Under the pieces are notes generated by a model, which had not been told where the DNA came from, did not search any database, and was given only the letters and a program-made list of their open reading frames with translations. The translations under genes and the position numbers were made by a program. Shown here piece after piece: positions 36,944-50,012 of a stretch of DNA of 64,000 nt. Source of the stretch: Lama glama (lineage: Eukaryota); NCBI GenBank assembly GCA_028534125.1, contig CM052817.1:24926001-24990000 (forward strand), given 5' to 3'. Each line of letters opens with the position of its first letter. Position 1 is the stretch's first letter.

Positions 36944-38091
36944 TGCCACTGTAAGTTTTTGTCTACGAGGTGGGGGAGGACAGGGCTTTGGCCTCCAATA
37001 ATTTGAACAAAGGCATCATATATGCGAAGAGTAGCCCTATGCTATAAATTATTTTGTGTTTAAAAAAATTAATATTGATATTGTCAAGGTGATTCCATAC
37101 TGTGTCCACAAATGTAATAGTTTTTAGATTGATTTTACTGCAATTCCTAGGAAGTAGCAAGAGTATTTATCTGATTGAGAAAGCTAATGGTGTGTCTAAA
37201 TTTGTTCGAACTGTCAGCTTCATAAAGTAGACCAGTTCTTACTATCACAATTTTTATTTAAGCTAGAAATTTTTATCTTAAGGAATCATGCATATGAAAG
37301 GGCATTCTCTTGAATACTGCTTTTAGACTGTCATCTAAAGTTTTTAGTTTCTATGAATATTGAAGTTTATTTTTTAGATTGTGTTCCATGACTTAAAGGC
37401 TATTGTATGTTAGGTAGAGAAGCATTTAGGGGTACTGAGAAATGTATGCCATTTCACTTCTACATGGAAGATAATTTATCATACATTTTAAATGAAGATT
37501 TTTTTCCCCTCCACATAATTTTGCCCCAGAAGTCTTTACCTAATAACAGTAGACAGTAACCTCTAAAATTTCTTAGTTTAAGAAAACTATATTCTTTTAA
37601 AAGTTAATCTTGTTTTTAAAGATTGCAAAAACAATGTATGTAAGTATAGAAAAATAACATTGATGTATAAAAATAACAAACCACCGTGTTTCTGCTATCA
37701 GAGACACCACAGTTAGTCCTTCCAGACCTTTTTTAGTGATAAGCACTGGTTAAAATTGCATCTCTTTTGCTGAAAATAAGTAGTTGAAATAAGAGCTCTT
37801 CAAACATACATATATATTTTTTTAATCTGTTGGAAGTGAGTGGGGCGTGAGTGCTTGAGACACGATATTATGATGACTACATCCATAATTGAAGATTCAA
37901 AGGTATTTATTTTGTCATATTTTTCTGATCTTCCATTGGCAGTGGTAAGATAAGTTGATAGTTGAAAATAATTTTCCATCTATTTGTATATTAGACTAAA
38001 TTGTCATTATCTAGGACTAACCCAGCGATAAGTCACATCAGACTTAAATCAAGTATTTGTAAGTACTTGAAAAGAGTTGTAATGTTTTTAT

Positions 38092-38237
38092 CATTTAATT
38101 ATTAGTAGTATTTTATTTTGGTGGGGGTGGGAGAGGTAATTAGGTTTAATTTAATTTTAGAGGAGGTACTGGGGATTGAACCCAGGACCTCATGCCTTCT
38201 AAGCATGTACTCTATCACTTGAGCTAACCCTCCCCAC
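38092..38237 (-). mobile_element. tRNA-derived SINE (Vic-1-like) with 14-bp TSD
   Basis: Same core; perfect direct repeat tgtaatgtttttat at 38078-38091 and 38238-38251. Confidence 0.9.
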
Positions 38238-38586
38238 TGTAATGTTTTTATATTGATGAAGAATTGACATTATGTAGAGATTAATTCCATAACTCTAACT
38301 AATGGACACTTGAGTTTTACCCACTTAATTTTGCTTCCCTTACTGACGGCATGGTTACATTGTAGTTTCTCTACGTAGACTTTGATGGCTACAGCTTCTT
38401 CTGGGGCAGCTTTCCTGTTTTCAGTTGGATTTATATTTGCATTGGAATGGTGGGATGGCTTTGCTTTATTATTAATATATGCAGTATGTACACACCATGG
38501 TCATAAGAGAGATGACATTCGGTAGTGGTGGTCTGATCTTTCAGTTAGTTGTAGCTGATTCCACCCCCTCCCCACCGACTTGAGTC

Positions 38587-39052
38587 CAGGGATCCTTAAC
38601 CTGGGGTCTGAGGATGGAAGTAAGGGGTCAGGGATGGGGTCCATGAACTTGGAAAAAATTACACCTTTATTTTTACTAACCTTTTAACTGCAACTTGACA
38701 TCTCCTTCAATTATGAATGTAGTCATCTAACCTAGTAGCATTAGCAGCTCCTATGACAGTAAAATCAGTTATTTTCACATTGCATTATAGTTATTACACA
38801 TTTCTCAAAAATACCGTATATGCACATCATTACTTTGAATTACGATAGTTATATGATTTGCCACTAGACCTTGTTGAACATGGTACTAAGCACATAATGC
38901 TATATCATAATTGTTTGGATAATTCCCTTTTGGTATAATTCTCTTGGATTGCCTTGTGTTCTGTTTTATGGCATTTAAAAATCTTATTCTGAGAAGGGAC
39001 CATAGGGATCTGTCAGAGGGGGTCCGTGGCGCAAAAAGTTTAGGAACCTCTG
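38587..39052. mobile_element. hAT-Charlie (Charlie4a-like) non-autonomous DNA transposon
   Basis: Imperfect terminal inverted repeats CAGGGATCCTTAACC / GTTTAGGAACCTCTG; degenerate 8-bp flanks cttgagtc / ctttggac. Confidence 0.65.
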
Positions 39053-42000
39053 CTTTGGACCCTGGGGGCATTTGAGAGAGTACGCCAACCACGTTTGCTG
39101 GGAGCGCTGGTCGGAACCTGGGGTGTGTAACTGAAAGCTGAGATACATCTCGTGTGTAAAATGCCTTCTAATCCCATGCAGCCTTGCCCGCAGCGGCCAC
39201 AGCCTCCATAGCTCTTGTGGTCATTGTAAGGTATGCTCGCCATAAAAAGAAAGTTAAACTACATTCTCTGTAGCCTTTGAAAAAATACGCTAAGTGATTC
39301 CCATCCAGAAATGGTTAAAAATAGCATAGGCGCTTAAAGGGACAGCCTTCAGCTGTCTAGAAAAATCTTATAATCTGAAAGGATTTAGTCTCAGTGTTTC
39401 TGGTTTGCTATTTTTAAAACATTTGTTCCTTCTGCAAATATCTGTTGCATGCATACTATGGGCTGGCATTGTGTTAAGAGAGTTTACAGATTTATCATGG
39501 TTTCTCTTCCAAGGTCTGCTTGAGATATTTCTTATCACTTAAAAACCTTGAAATCACTAAATTTTCATTTTCAGGTGTAATCATTCACACACTGAGCACA
39601 TTTGTTCAATCCTTGCGTATGCCAGGCACTGTCCTAGGCACTCCGGGCTACGTCATTGAACCAAATAGACAACGCTTCTGCTCTCTTAGAGCTGACGTTC
39701 GAGCAGTTAGGTGTCTTATGCTCTGAATTTGTAGGCTGTCCTGAATGTGCCTTAGAAACTGTTTGCTACCCAGGGAGACCCATGTAGTTTTGTAAGGTAA
39801 TGGTTTTCACTCTGTTCTGTGGGCCTTGTGACGCCTCAGGCCTGGCAGGTGGAAGGATAAGGGCATGTTCTCTTTCCCCAGCGCCATCTGAATTGGAGCT
39901 CTCCTGCTCTTCTGTATTCGAGGTTGCTGGGAATTTGGGGTGGGGTTGAGGTTGGGGAGGGTTCTGTGGCCCACAGGGTATTTGGAAATTCAGTCACATT
40001 TTAAAAAACGTGGTTGGCATTATCTGTGCCTGGCTGATATGGAGTAAATTTTCGTCGTGTATTACCAGTTCTGTACTGAAAGGCAGTTGGAATAACAGTA
40101 AGCTTGTTGCCTTTAGGTGCTGTCTTTAATAGAGTGGACCTTTTCTTACTCTGCAAATGTGAAGGTCACAACATTTATGGCTAGGCTCTGTACTAACAAC
40201 GTTCACATTCATTGTTTAATTTAATCCTCAAAACAACCTACAAGGTAGCCAGTAATACCCCATTTTGATGGAAGAAGAGTGCTGAGGTTCTAAGGAGCCG
40301 GGTGTCTTGCTCAGACATGCAAACAAAGCGGCCAAGTTAGGAACTTAGTCTGGCAGTCGTGACAGAAGTCCCCATCCCAGCTGTCAGTGTCGTAGGTTCA
40401 TGGATTCAGCGGGGGCAGCAGTTTTCCTGATGGTTGTGACCAGCATCAGGAGTATCTCTGTCTTTTTAAAGGTAATTGTGTTTCTGCTCCCAGATGCCCC
40501 CTCTCCCTTCGGATGAAGAATGTTTCTCTCTGGTCTAGTAAGCAGTCCTGGGTTCACTCTCATTTCTCCCACTCACCTCCTCTCCCGGATCTGCACACAA
40601 ACGCCTTCCACACTCTAAACACAGCCAGGGGTCTAGGCAGAGTTGCAAAGTTTGGGATGCTCATCACACGTTTGCCAGAATGGCTTTAGATTGAGTAGAG
40701 TTCATGGCAGCTAGCATGATTCTGAATAGGTTAAATAAAAACTTTGTTTTTTTGTGTTTCCATTGTGTACAGTGTTTGCAGTGAATGGAATGGATGCTGT
40801 GGTTATTGGGAAGCAATGAGATGGTTCTGTGATAGGTTTACAATATGCCCATGAGGATAAAAGTTAGTCGTAAAACACTGGGATCCCATTGTTTTTCTTA
40901 GTAAAGGGAACTACCGTCTAGAACCACAGGTAAGAAAAACAAAATTCTTAGCTGTGATATTTCTGGGCATGGGATTATGGGCAAGTTTAACTTTATATGT
41001 TTCTGTGTTTTTCTTTTATGTGGATGTGTGTTAGACTTAGTATTGGAAATAAAAGGTGAGTAAAGAATACATTCTGCTGCTTTTAAGAAGGAAGTGGGAT
41101 TATTGAAAAGTGGCAGGACTGTTAGTACTTGTTGCTCCTTGGTTCTTGAGGTTGGCCTTTCGCACCAAGGCGAGACGTTGCAGGCAGGCGGCGTGCTCCT
41201 TGCTGGGGCCCAGGAGGAGGGCCTGACCTTGGCCCCAGAAGCAGTCAGGGGTGGGGGCAAGGTGTTCCTCTTTTCTATCCCCTCTGCCCAGGAGCAGCCT
41301 TCCTGCGACATCTTCGTCATAAAATGACCTTTCTGTCCAGCCTAGAGGTGGCAGCCCGGTTGGCCTAGAGGCACCTTGGCTGGTGCTGGCTGGGAGCGGA
41401 GGCCCCAGGGACGGGGTGGGGTGGGGTGTATATGCGAGGGAGGGTCCCAGAGAGAGAAACACGTGCTTTATCTTCCCCTTAGAACAAGGCGGGAGAGGGG
41501 GTGGGGGTGGGGAAGAATACGAGAGCAAAGCCTGCATTCTCCAGTGGCTGCCCTGATTCTGATAAACTGATTCCATTCAGTATGTTCTGAGTCCACAGAG
41601 TGGGACGGTGAGATACTGCCCGGGGCTGGTTGTCCTCGGGCCAGGGGTCTTGCCCTTTGTACAGAAGTAAGTTCAGATTTGCTTAACAGGACTGGACCGT
41701 GTGCTCCAGCAGTGAGCAGTCGCCTCCCTGGAGTTTGCGGGGCATGTGTGGGGTTCTTGGTGGCCTCGTGCAGAGTGGCCTGGGTTCTGAGATACGAGTG
41801 CAGCCTCCGTGGGGACGACAATTTCTTGTGGCCGTGGCTGAGGGCCCAGCATTGGGCACAGGGCGTTCTCCTTTGCCCTTTCAGTTCCTCTGGGGGAGGA
41901 AAGCCTTACTCTTTTGCTGAAGAAGTAAGTCCTGCCCTTGACCATTTTGTTGAAACCCCAAAAATTCCTTTGCTGGGTTTTCCAATGAGGTGGGTTCTGC

Positions 42001-45000
42001 TTACAGGTAAGCGAAGGAGGGCCGTGAATCCCAGAGGGAGGGCAAGGCCACATGATATGCCAGCAGCCCTTGTCACAGAGGACTGGCAGCAGTCCCACTG
42101 CAGACGTGGGGCCCGGTGCAGGGGTAGAAAATGACCTTCCAAGAGAAGCAAAGTCATCTCTGAGAGGCACACTTAGACCTACACGTGTGGCGTTGTATAG
42201 ATGCTTTGCAGATTACCCATGTTATGGAGCCCTCTTAGTCCTTTCGTATTATATGTCATTACAGTTACTTCCCACTCTGCATAAATCATGTACCCAGTGA
42301 CTTCACAGTTTGAATAATCTTGTACAGCCAGCACACAGGCCAATAAACAGTAGTCCAGGACCCCCCACGGGCCCCCTCCAAGTCCCCCTCCTCCAGAGAT
42401 AATCCCTATTCTGACTCCTATTGTTATAGTTTAGTTTCTCCTGTTTTTGAAGTTTGATAAAATGGAATCATACCACGTGATTCTTTTACATGTGTTGCTT
42501 TCACTCAGCGTGCTTGTATTTACCCACGTTGTTGCGTGCGGGATAGCTTGTTCATTCTCATTCCTCAGGCACTGGGGTGGTAGGTGCTCAGGGAGTCTCC
42601 AGGACTTTCGTTTTGACGCATAAATGAGAACAGGTGAAAAGGACTCGTGTGTCTGCCACCTGATGGAAGGTCCATGTTCTCCTTTAAGTGTTTCCTCTGA
42701 AATGATTGATTTGAATATGAGCACTTGTGAGCTTGGAAGTCAATTTTAACAAGTTTTGATGTGTTTGGTCCTGGATGATTTTAGGTAACACCTAGCTGGT
42801 TTTTCACTGTTTTATTTGTAAAAGTACACCGTGTGATCAAATTATTCCTATATTGAAGATCTCTCCTTCAGTGACAATATTTCATAAGGACATCATTTAT
42901 AAAAACTGGCATGTGTCCTGGAGAAGGAACCAGCGCTTTGTTTAATGGCACATTGACTTGTTTTTAGTTCTCTGCCTTGTAGAAGAGGGACCCCAGTGTC
43001 CCTTGGTAGAGATTATGTAGCATAACTGGTACATTATATTTGTGTTTCTTAATACTGGAGAGATTATTTTGAAGTAAACTTTGATCAAAATTATAGAGTA
43101 GCATTTCTTGTAAGACATTTGCTGTTACATGTTTAATATATAAGACCTTTGAAATGCAGCAAATTTATTGACAAATCAAATTCTCGCTTAAGTGATATAA
43201 ATAGCTTATCAAGTATCAGTGTGGCTTGTCTGTGCTTTTGTCTTCACCAGTTTTTTCACCTCTGCTGTGAGCAGGGTCTGCACCTGTGCTGTGGGGCTGC
43301 CTTGCTGCTGTTCACAGCTTGCCTGGGGCCTTCATAATCGCGGAGGTTTTGGGTGTCATGGTGTGGTGGGCAGGGTGAGGAGTGCATTCCTTACCTTGGG
43401 GCGCAACGAAGGACAGGTGATAAATCCGGGATTCTGCCCTTTAGAGCCGCCGGGCACTTCTGAAAACGGCAGATGCCTGGCCCCACCTCCAACCAGACTG
43501 AGGCGGGCAGGTCACTCGGTTTTAGAACTACTGGCGATTCTAATGTGCAGCCACACTTGAGTTGCGAATCAGTGCATTAAATGAAGAGGGTTGGACTTTG
43601 AGGACTTATGTTCCCAGGTTGCCCATCCAGTGATTTCTGTCAATATTTATGCTGGCCATTCAGAATATTTAAAAATGGCTTTAGAAAATTGACAAAGTAA
43701 TTTCATACTCTTACCTGTGGTATTTCCTCCCACTCTTCCTTTCTTCTCCCACCTTTTGTTAGCTCCTGCAACTGTTAAATCACGTCTTGTGTTGGCTTTT
43801 AGTCTCATTTTGTAGAAGAGTGTTGGTTTGGCCAGAAGTTTAGTGAACCTTTCAACAGATTGTTTTAGAGCATGATGCTGGGTTTTGAGTTTGCAGCGCA
43901 TCTTTCCGTGGGGTTAAAAGCTACTAAGAATTTATCCAGTTTGCCGGTTCAGAACTAGGGGGGCTGAATACTACTACTTCTGTTCTACGTGTGATGAAAG
44001 ATCAAGACCCAGGGGTAGAAGATGAGGCAGTCAGGAAGGGAGGCATGTGGCCTGTGCCAGGCGCCCACAGTCGTTGGCACTTCTGTGCCAGGCACGTCCC
44101 TAGCCAGCTCACAGCACATCTGATCACTCTTCTGGGAAGGTGTAACACGTCAGGCTGAACTTTTAGCTGATTGTAAGCGCCCAGCAGGACAAAACAGACC
44201 TCTGCTCAGGACCAGCCTTCTCTAGCACACGTTGTCGCTGGGCTCCTGCATGTGGTCTAGCGTCTGTCCCATTATGTTGGAAACCACATTTTTAGGAGTG
44301 TCTCTTACTTCCTACACTGTGACCCTCTAATGGGTCAGGCGGCTCACTCATGGTATGAGGCATGTTCATTTCTTCGTGTTGAATCCAGTCTCAGCAGGCT
44401 GAACCTTCCAGGGTAACCTGAATGCTCATATGTCCTATCTAGATAGCGTCAGACAGCTGTTTTATTCTCATTAAATAATTTAAGTGTCGAGCACCAGTCA
44501 AAAGATATTTAGGTGTTTTGTATGAAATTCAAGGCATGTAAGATAAAGTGAGGAGACACTTGGTTTAATTTTGTTTTCTTCCCCTATTTACCTTGTTTCT
44601 GACCAACAAATAGAAATAACCACTCATTACCAACAAAAACAAAACACAAGTCTGTTCCTTCTGGAAAGTAATTATGTTGAATGATTATTTTCTGTTTGAA
44701 GTGCTTGTTTTTAACTCCTGACAGCGACAGAACATTTCATCCATCAGACAAAGCACAGCGTGGCTTGCTGTATTTTCGCAGTTTTGGAATGTTTTAATTT
44801 TAAATAACAAGGAGAAATGCTAGAGTTTTAAATACAAGTATGGGCTGCTCTAGATTGATTTAGTATTAATTTGTTACTAGTTGGCAGCAAAACAAAAGTG
44901 TAAATGTAGTAAAATGACCTTCCATTCAAAAGGCTGTTTCAGGAGCTCTTTCCCAAGTCCTTGTGAAAAAAATTATACTTGCAGTGTGTTTATAATCCTT

Positions 45001-45799
45001 TAAAATCCCCGAGTCCTTAAAAAGAAACTTGACCCAAATGTTAAGTAAGGACTTCATTTACAGAAATGAGTATTTCTAATTCTCTTAGAGTATCATTTTC
45101 TGGCTACTTATAAAACGATATTCACTCAAGCCTGCTATAGTAAGTTCATACTATACTGTACATTTGTTTGTGTGTGAATGCAAAGAAACTCATTTTGGTT
45201 GTGAAATAAGTGCAGATTGAGTTTAAAATTGAACTTTAGCATAACCTCAAATAGGTCAGCAGTAGAGCAGTTTAGTAACCTTTCGATATGTCTAAACGGG
45301 GCCTATTTCTTCATTATTGGTGATTCATTTTACTTAACATTTTTGGTGTGATTCCCATTGTAAAAGGAAATAAAACCAAATCTCAAACCCCTATTGAATT
45401 TACCCCAGCAAAGTGCTTTTCAGGTTCTTGTTTTTGCTGTAGTTTTGATTTACTTGATCTGCTTATCTGCAGTCATAAATGACGTGGATATTATTGCTGT
45501 GACTAAACTAAAAAAAGATTTTGTTGAAAGTTCCCTGATCGTATCAGTGGGAATAAAACTCCACTGACTCAGTGTGTTTGCCCTAAAAGGGTCTGTATTT
45601 GCAGTAAACATTGTAACTTGAAGTATATGTTCTCATAGACTGAAGTTTCACCTTGAGACATCTTTCAGTTGTTTGCTGACTTTGGAGGGTCAGTGTTGGC
45701 ACCCCGTTGGTGTTTACATCTGGCTGTGAGCTGCGGCTCCAGCAGACACATCTCAGCCCATGTTATTCTCAGAGGCCACCTCTTCCTTTCTTGAAGAGA

Positions 45800-46330
45800 G
45801 AGTGCTTGCTCCCCTTGGCATCTCTGACGTCATCCTCACCTGCTGCCTCCTCCTTCTTGGCCTGGATTGCTCAGTTTCATTATACCTGAAATGTTGGTGT
45901 ATCAGTGTCACACCTTTGCCCCTCACTTACTTTCCTGTTTCTGTTCCCAAGGCATCAGCCACCTCCTGTCTGTGTATGTGTGTATCTGGGCCGCTAGTGT
46001 CCAGTCTAGATCTCCTGCCTTGACCTCCAGGCCTGCTGGTCTATCTGTCTACCAGATACTGTTACTTACACATCCTCCTGGCTGTCCTCAACATGGACAG
46101 GAGCGGAGCTCATTGGGATGTCTCCCCAAACCCACTGCCTCTGTGTTCTCTACTAACAAAGCCAAAGCCAGAGCCCAGGGGGCTCCGTGCAGTCTTCATG
46201 CCGACAGCGCCCCCATCCAGGTAGGCGCCAAGTCTTGTTGGTCTGTCTTCCAGAATCTTTCCCGCAGCCTCTCTCTCCATCTTTAGTGCTTGTTCCCGCC
46301 AGACCCCATCTTGGTGACTGTAAAGGATTC
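45800..46330 (+). mobile_element. L2 fragment
   Basis: Pyrimidine-rich L2-like motifs (tctccagtctagatctc..., cccccatccag...ccaagtcttgttggtctgtcttccagaat). Confidence 0.5.
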
Positions 46331-47320
46331 TGACTAAACCTCCCTCTGGCCACATTCCCTTCCCAGCCAGGGCTGCCTGGTGTTCATCTCAGTCTTCTGA
46401 ATCCTACCCTCCTGGCAACCAGTCAGACATAGGAAAACGCTGGGAAAGAAAATGAACAAATGAGCCAATTCCCTTATGTAACAACAACAGTGTGGGTGAG
46501 TCCAGGACAGAGTTATAGAGGATAGAAAATTCATGATTCCATCACAAGTGGACATTATACCTTCATTTTCCAAAAAATAGTGCCCCAGGTCTGTCCTGGT
46601 AAAGGAAACTAAGCTATCAAAGTTTAACAAACTTAGGCACAAATGGAGCTCACTTTTTAATCCCCTAGTGTACTTAAATGCCTTACAGAAACGTTTTTTA
46701 AAAAATTAGGTTTTCAACTGTTTACCATTTATTGTTGAAACTATGTGTGGCAATAGGCCTTCAGATATTCTGAAGTTGTTATATTCTTAACAGGATTCCT
46801 GTGATTTTTTTTTTTTAACCCCAGTTATCTCCTTTATACCCATATTCACACAACTCACCAGAGCAAGGAGAGGGAGGCACTGGTCTTTGACTAAAGCATG
46901 TCTTTTGAAGGTTCTGAGGAAAGTACAGGGGACATCGGTGATTGGAAAAATACACCACAGCTCAGCTGTAGCCAAGGTACGACGTCCTCTTTAGTGGCCT
47001 CTTCGGACCCTGTGAAGCCAGGGAAGTCACGTTCTCTACTTTGTGTCTTGCTTGTGTCTGTACCTTTTATTACTGAATCACCATAAATTTACATGACTGC
47101 ACACAATGAAAGACACTGTTACTTCGGATGCAGCGGAAGACCTAGCATATAGAAATGTCAGTTATTTTAAGAAGCCTTGAAAGACTGAGTAAGCTTTGAA
47201 TTTTCTTCTATTCAGAGTGGGGTTAATAATTAGGAAGATTTATGTGACTCTTGCCAGATAAAATAATTTCACACACTTGCTCAGAAAACCTGCAAGGTTT
47301 TATACTTGCATAAATTGGTT

Positions 47321-47476
47321 ATATATTTTAAAAACTTTTTATTTATTTTTTTATTATTTTGGGAGGGAGGTAGTTAGGGTCTTATTTATTTATCTTTAAT
47401 GGAGTCACTGAGGATTGAACCCAGGACCTTATGCATGCTAGGCATGCACTCTGCCACTGAGCTATACCGTCCCCCC
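47321..47476 (-). mobile_element. tRNA-derived SINE (Vic-1-like)
   Basis: Same core; flanking direct repeat aaattggtt at 47312-47320 and 47477-47485. Confidence 0.88.
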
Positions 47477-49101
47477 AAATTGGTTCTGTTTTTTGAAAAA
47501 GGCATTATTCTTTACCCTCACAGAACCGACTTTTACCTGAAACATTGATAAGCATTTTTTGTCCTCAGAGAAACTGAGGCTGTTCTTGCCAAAGTCTTGT
47601 AGTGACTGATTGGCAAAGGTGTGAATGAAACCTAGACTTTCCCTCTCTTCTGTCCTGTCTTCTTTTATATTGGTGAATAATTTTTAGGCCTCCGCAGGAT
47701 GTATAATTACCAGTCAGGAGAGGAATGAGCTGCAGCACAAGCAAATACTCAGTACAGATGGATGCTTGATGTGGAGACTCTGGCTTAGTGTGTTAGGTCT
47801 TATGTTTTAGGAATTAATTTTTTTAAATAAAAAATATGCCTAAAGATATTTTGACTCTTTGTATGGTAAAATACTTTGAGAGACCATATCTTAATCTTTA
47901 TGGCAGAGATTGTCTTTAAGGGTGTTGATATGAAATGACAGAGAAAAATCTTTTGTGTCATTGGGTCTTTGGGGATTATGTTAGGAACACAGAATATAAG
48001 CTTTCCTTTTAAAATCTACAAAAACCACTTCCCCAGGTTGATCTTTGACCTGAATTGAAAAGGGGTTTAGTTTTCTTTTCCCTCTATAATGCTGTTAAAA
48101 AAGACATTGGGCCAATGGGAATTGGGTCTTAAACTGGATTTTCTTACAGAGGAAAGGAAAAATTGCTTTGGGTGTTAGGGCACAAGGAAAACTGGTCCCT
48201 TCCTTATGGAGACTGAATCGGTGCCTCTCGTGGGTCAGCACTGTGGCTGCACACCACCCAGGTGATTGCACAGACGCTCGTTCATCTCTGCGTGGCTTTG
48301 AAGCATCTGGTCAGAAGCTGATGATGAGAGGGTGTAGCAGTAGGGCTGACAGTAGCACACGGGGCCCTTTTGCTAGTTCTCTTCATCATGACATTACATT
48401 AGGGACCAAAGGCTTTAGTAGCTCACAGGAAAGAAGCCCCAGTGTGTTGCTGTGATAATGATACTGTCATGGTTGCTTACCCCTTAATTAAAACCTCCTC
48501 ACTGTGTAGTCGGCACTCTTCCACTATTAGGAAGTATAGGACTGAGGAATAATAAATTGTCAGTTGTCATTAGAGAAAATAATGATGTTATGATTAGAAG
48601 TGTTTTGTAAGATAATTTCAGTCTTGTTACCCTCATCCCATCATTTATTGTGAAGCCTTAATGTGCTGCCATGAGATCTAGAAGTAACTGCATGTTTTGG
48701 TGACAGATGGACCTCTATGGGGGTGACAACATCTCCAGAGAGGGCCTCTGGCTTTGGAGTGGGGGGACCAGGCTGGATTTGAATCCAGGGTTTGCCACGT
48801 TGGGCTGTGGGTCTCAAGGTTAGTCGCTTAAGCTTATGGGGTGTTGGGCATGGGAACCCTCTAGCATAGCCTGGGCGTGTAAGAGGTGCTTAATAAGTAT
48901 CATTCCCCTTTTGATCTCTGTGAAAGTTGAACATTTCCCTCTCATGGTCCCAGGTTCTGCGTGGGATGCTCCTTCAGGACCTTGCGATGGAATACGCAGT
49001 GTGAGGTCGGGCAGAGCGCGGCGTTGGCTCCTTGCCGATGCGGGCCCTGTGTGGTACCCACCGCCGCCTGTTCCAAGTAACGCTCCTTCCTTTCCCGCCA
49101 G

Positions 49102-49614
49102 GTGCCTGAGATCATCAGCTCCATCCGACAGGCCGGGAAGATCGCCCGCCAGGAGGAGCTCCGTTGCCCGTCGGAGTTTGATGACACCTTCGCCAAGAAG
49201 TTCGAGGTGCTGTTCTGCGGCCGCGTGGCGGTGGCGCACCGGAAGGCCCCGCCCGCCCTGATCGACGAATGCATCGAGGGCTTCAGCCACGTCTGCGGCA
49301 GCTCCCGGGGCTGGGAGACTGCGCCCCCCGCCCCCGCCCCCGCCCCCGCCGGAGGCTTTTCCTTCTCGGATAAATTCGGGTCTGTGCTGCAGCCGGCTGC
49401 TGATGCCGAGCAGGGCCCGCGGCCGATGCGCAAGTCCTTCTCCCAGCCTGGGCTGCGCTCCCTGGCCTTCAGGAAGGAGTTTCAAGATGCAAGCCTGCGA
49501 AGTAGTAGTTTTTTCAGCTCTTTTGAGGAAAACGACATTGAGAACCACCTAATTAGTGGACACAATATTGTGCAGCCGACGGATATTGAGGAAAATCGAA
49601 CTATGCTCTTCACG
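49102..49614 (+). CDS. TBC1D1: TBC1D1 coding exon (exon 3 by human numbering): end of PTB1, linker with AMPK site, start of PTB2 region; 513 nt, phase 0/0
   Basis: Acceptor ctccttcctttcccgccag|GTG, donor ACG|gtaaaa. Translates VPEIISSIRQAGKIARQEELRCPSEFDDTFAKKFEVLFCGRV...PMRKSFSQPGLRSLAFRKE...DIENHLISGHNIVQPTDIEENRTMLFT, which I recognise as TBC1D1. Confidence 0.97.
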
Positions 49615-49933
49615 GTAAAATATTCTCAAACCTCCTGCACATCCCCAGTCTGAACTGTGTGTTTAAAAGAAAATTTGCTTTTTTGAGTGAAGATTCTCTG
49701 TGAATTGCTTTTGGATTTATGCATGAATCCAAATATTTTTATATTGAATAATTTTTTTCTCAGGAGAAAATCCTTATTTTAGTCCCTATTAGCCTTTGGA
49801 GTCATCAGGGGGAAGCAAAGAGAATCTGTCTTCTATCCTGTCTAATTTTTATCCCCCTCCCTCGGGGTTGTGCAGACACCTTTTCAATGTGGTAAAAACA
49901 GTTAATATGTATAAAAGAGGCCCCCAAAGGTTT

Positions 49934-50012
49934 TATATATATATATGTGTATATATATGTATATATGTGTGTATATATATGTATATATGTGTATACATAT
50001 GTATATATATAT
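49934..50012. repeat. (TA)n/(TG)n compound microsatellite
   Basis: Read directly; ~80 bp of alternating purine-pyrimidine 320 bp downstream of exon 3. Confidence 0.95.

Noticed and set aside
41094..42300. Cluster of 70-165 aa ORFs on both strands
   Set aside because: Moderately GC-rich intronic DNA, no domain similarity and no consistent exon structure.
45825..45832. Perfect CRE palindrome TGACGTCA
   Set aside because: Single 8-mer at the edge of a decayed L2-like fragment with no supporting cluster.
1..49101. Looked for a PTTG2/securin retrogene, which I recall in this intron in human
   Set aside because: No securin-like ORF visible; part of the intron is outside the window or in the gap.
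48820..49548. 242-aa and 163-aa antisense ORFs and a 141-aa alternative-frame ORF
   Set aside because: Shadows of the GC-rich TBC1D1 exon.
49615..49653. Read-through of the exon 3 ORF (VKYSQTSCTSPV*)
   Set aside because: Intronic; homology resumes exactly at 51634. The donor (GTAAAA) is weakish but there is no evidence of a terminal exon.
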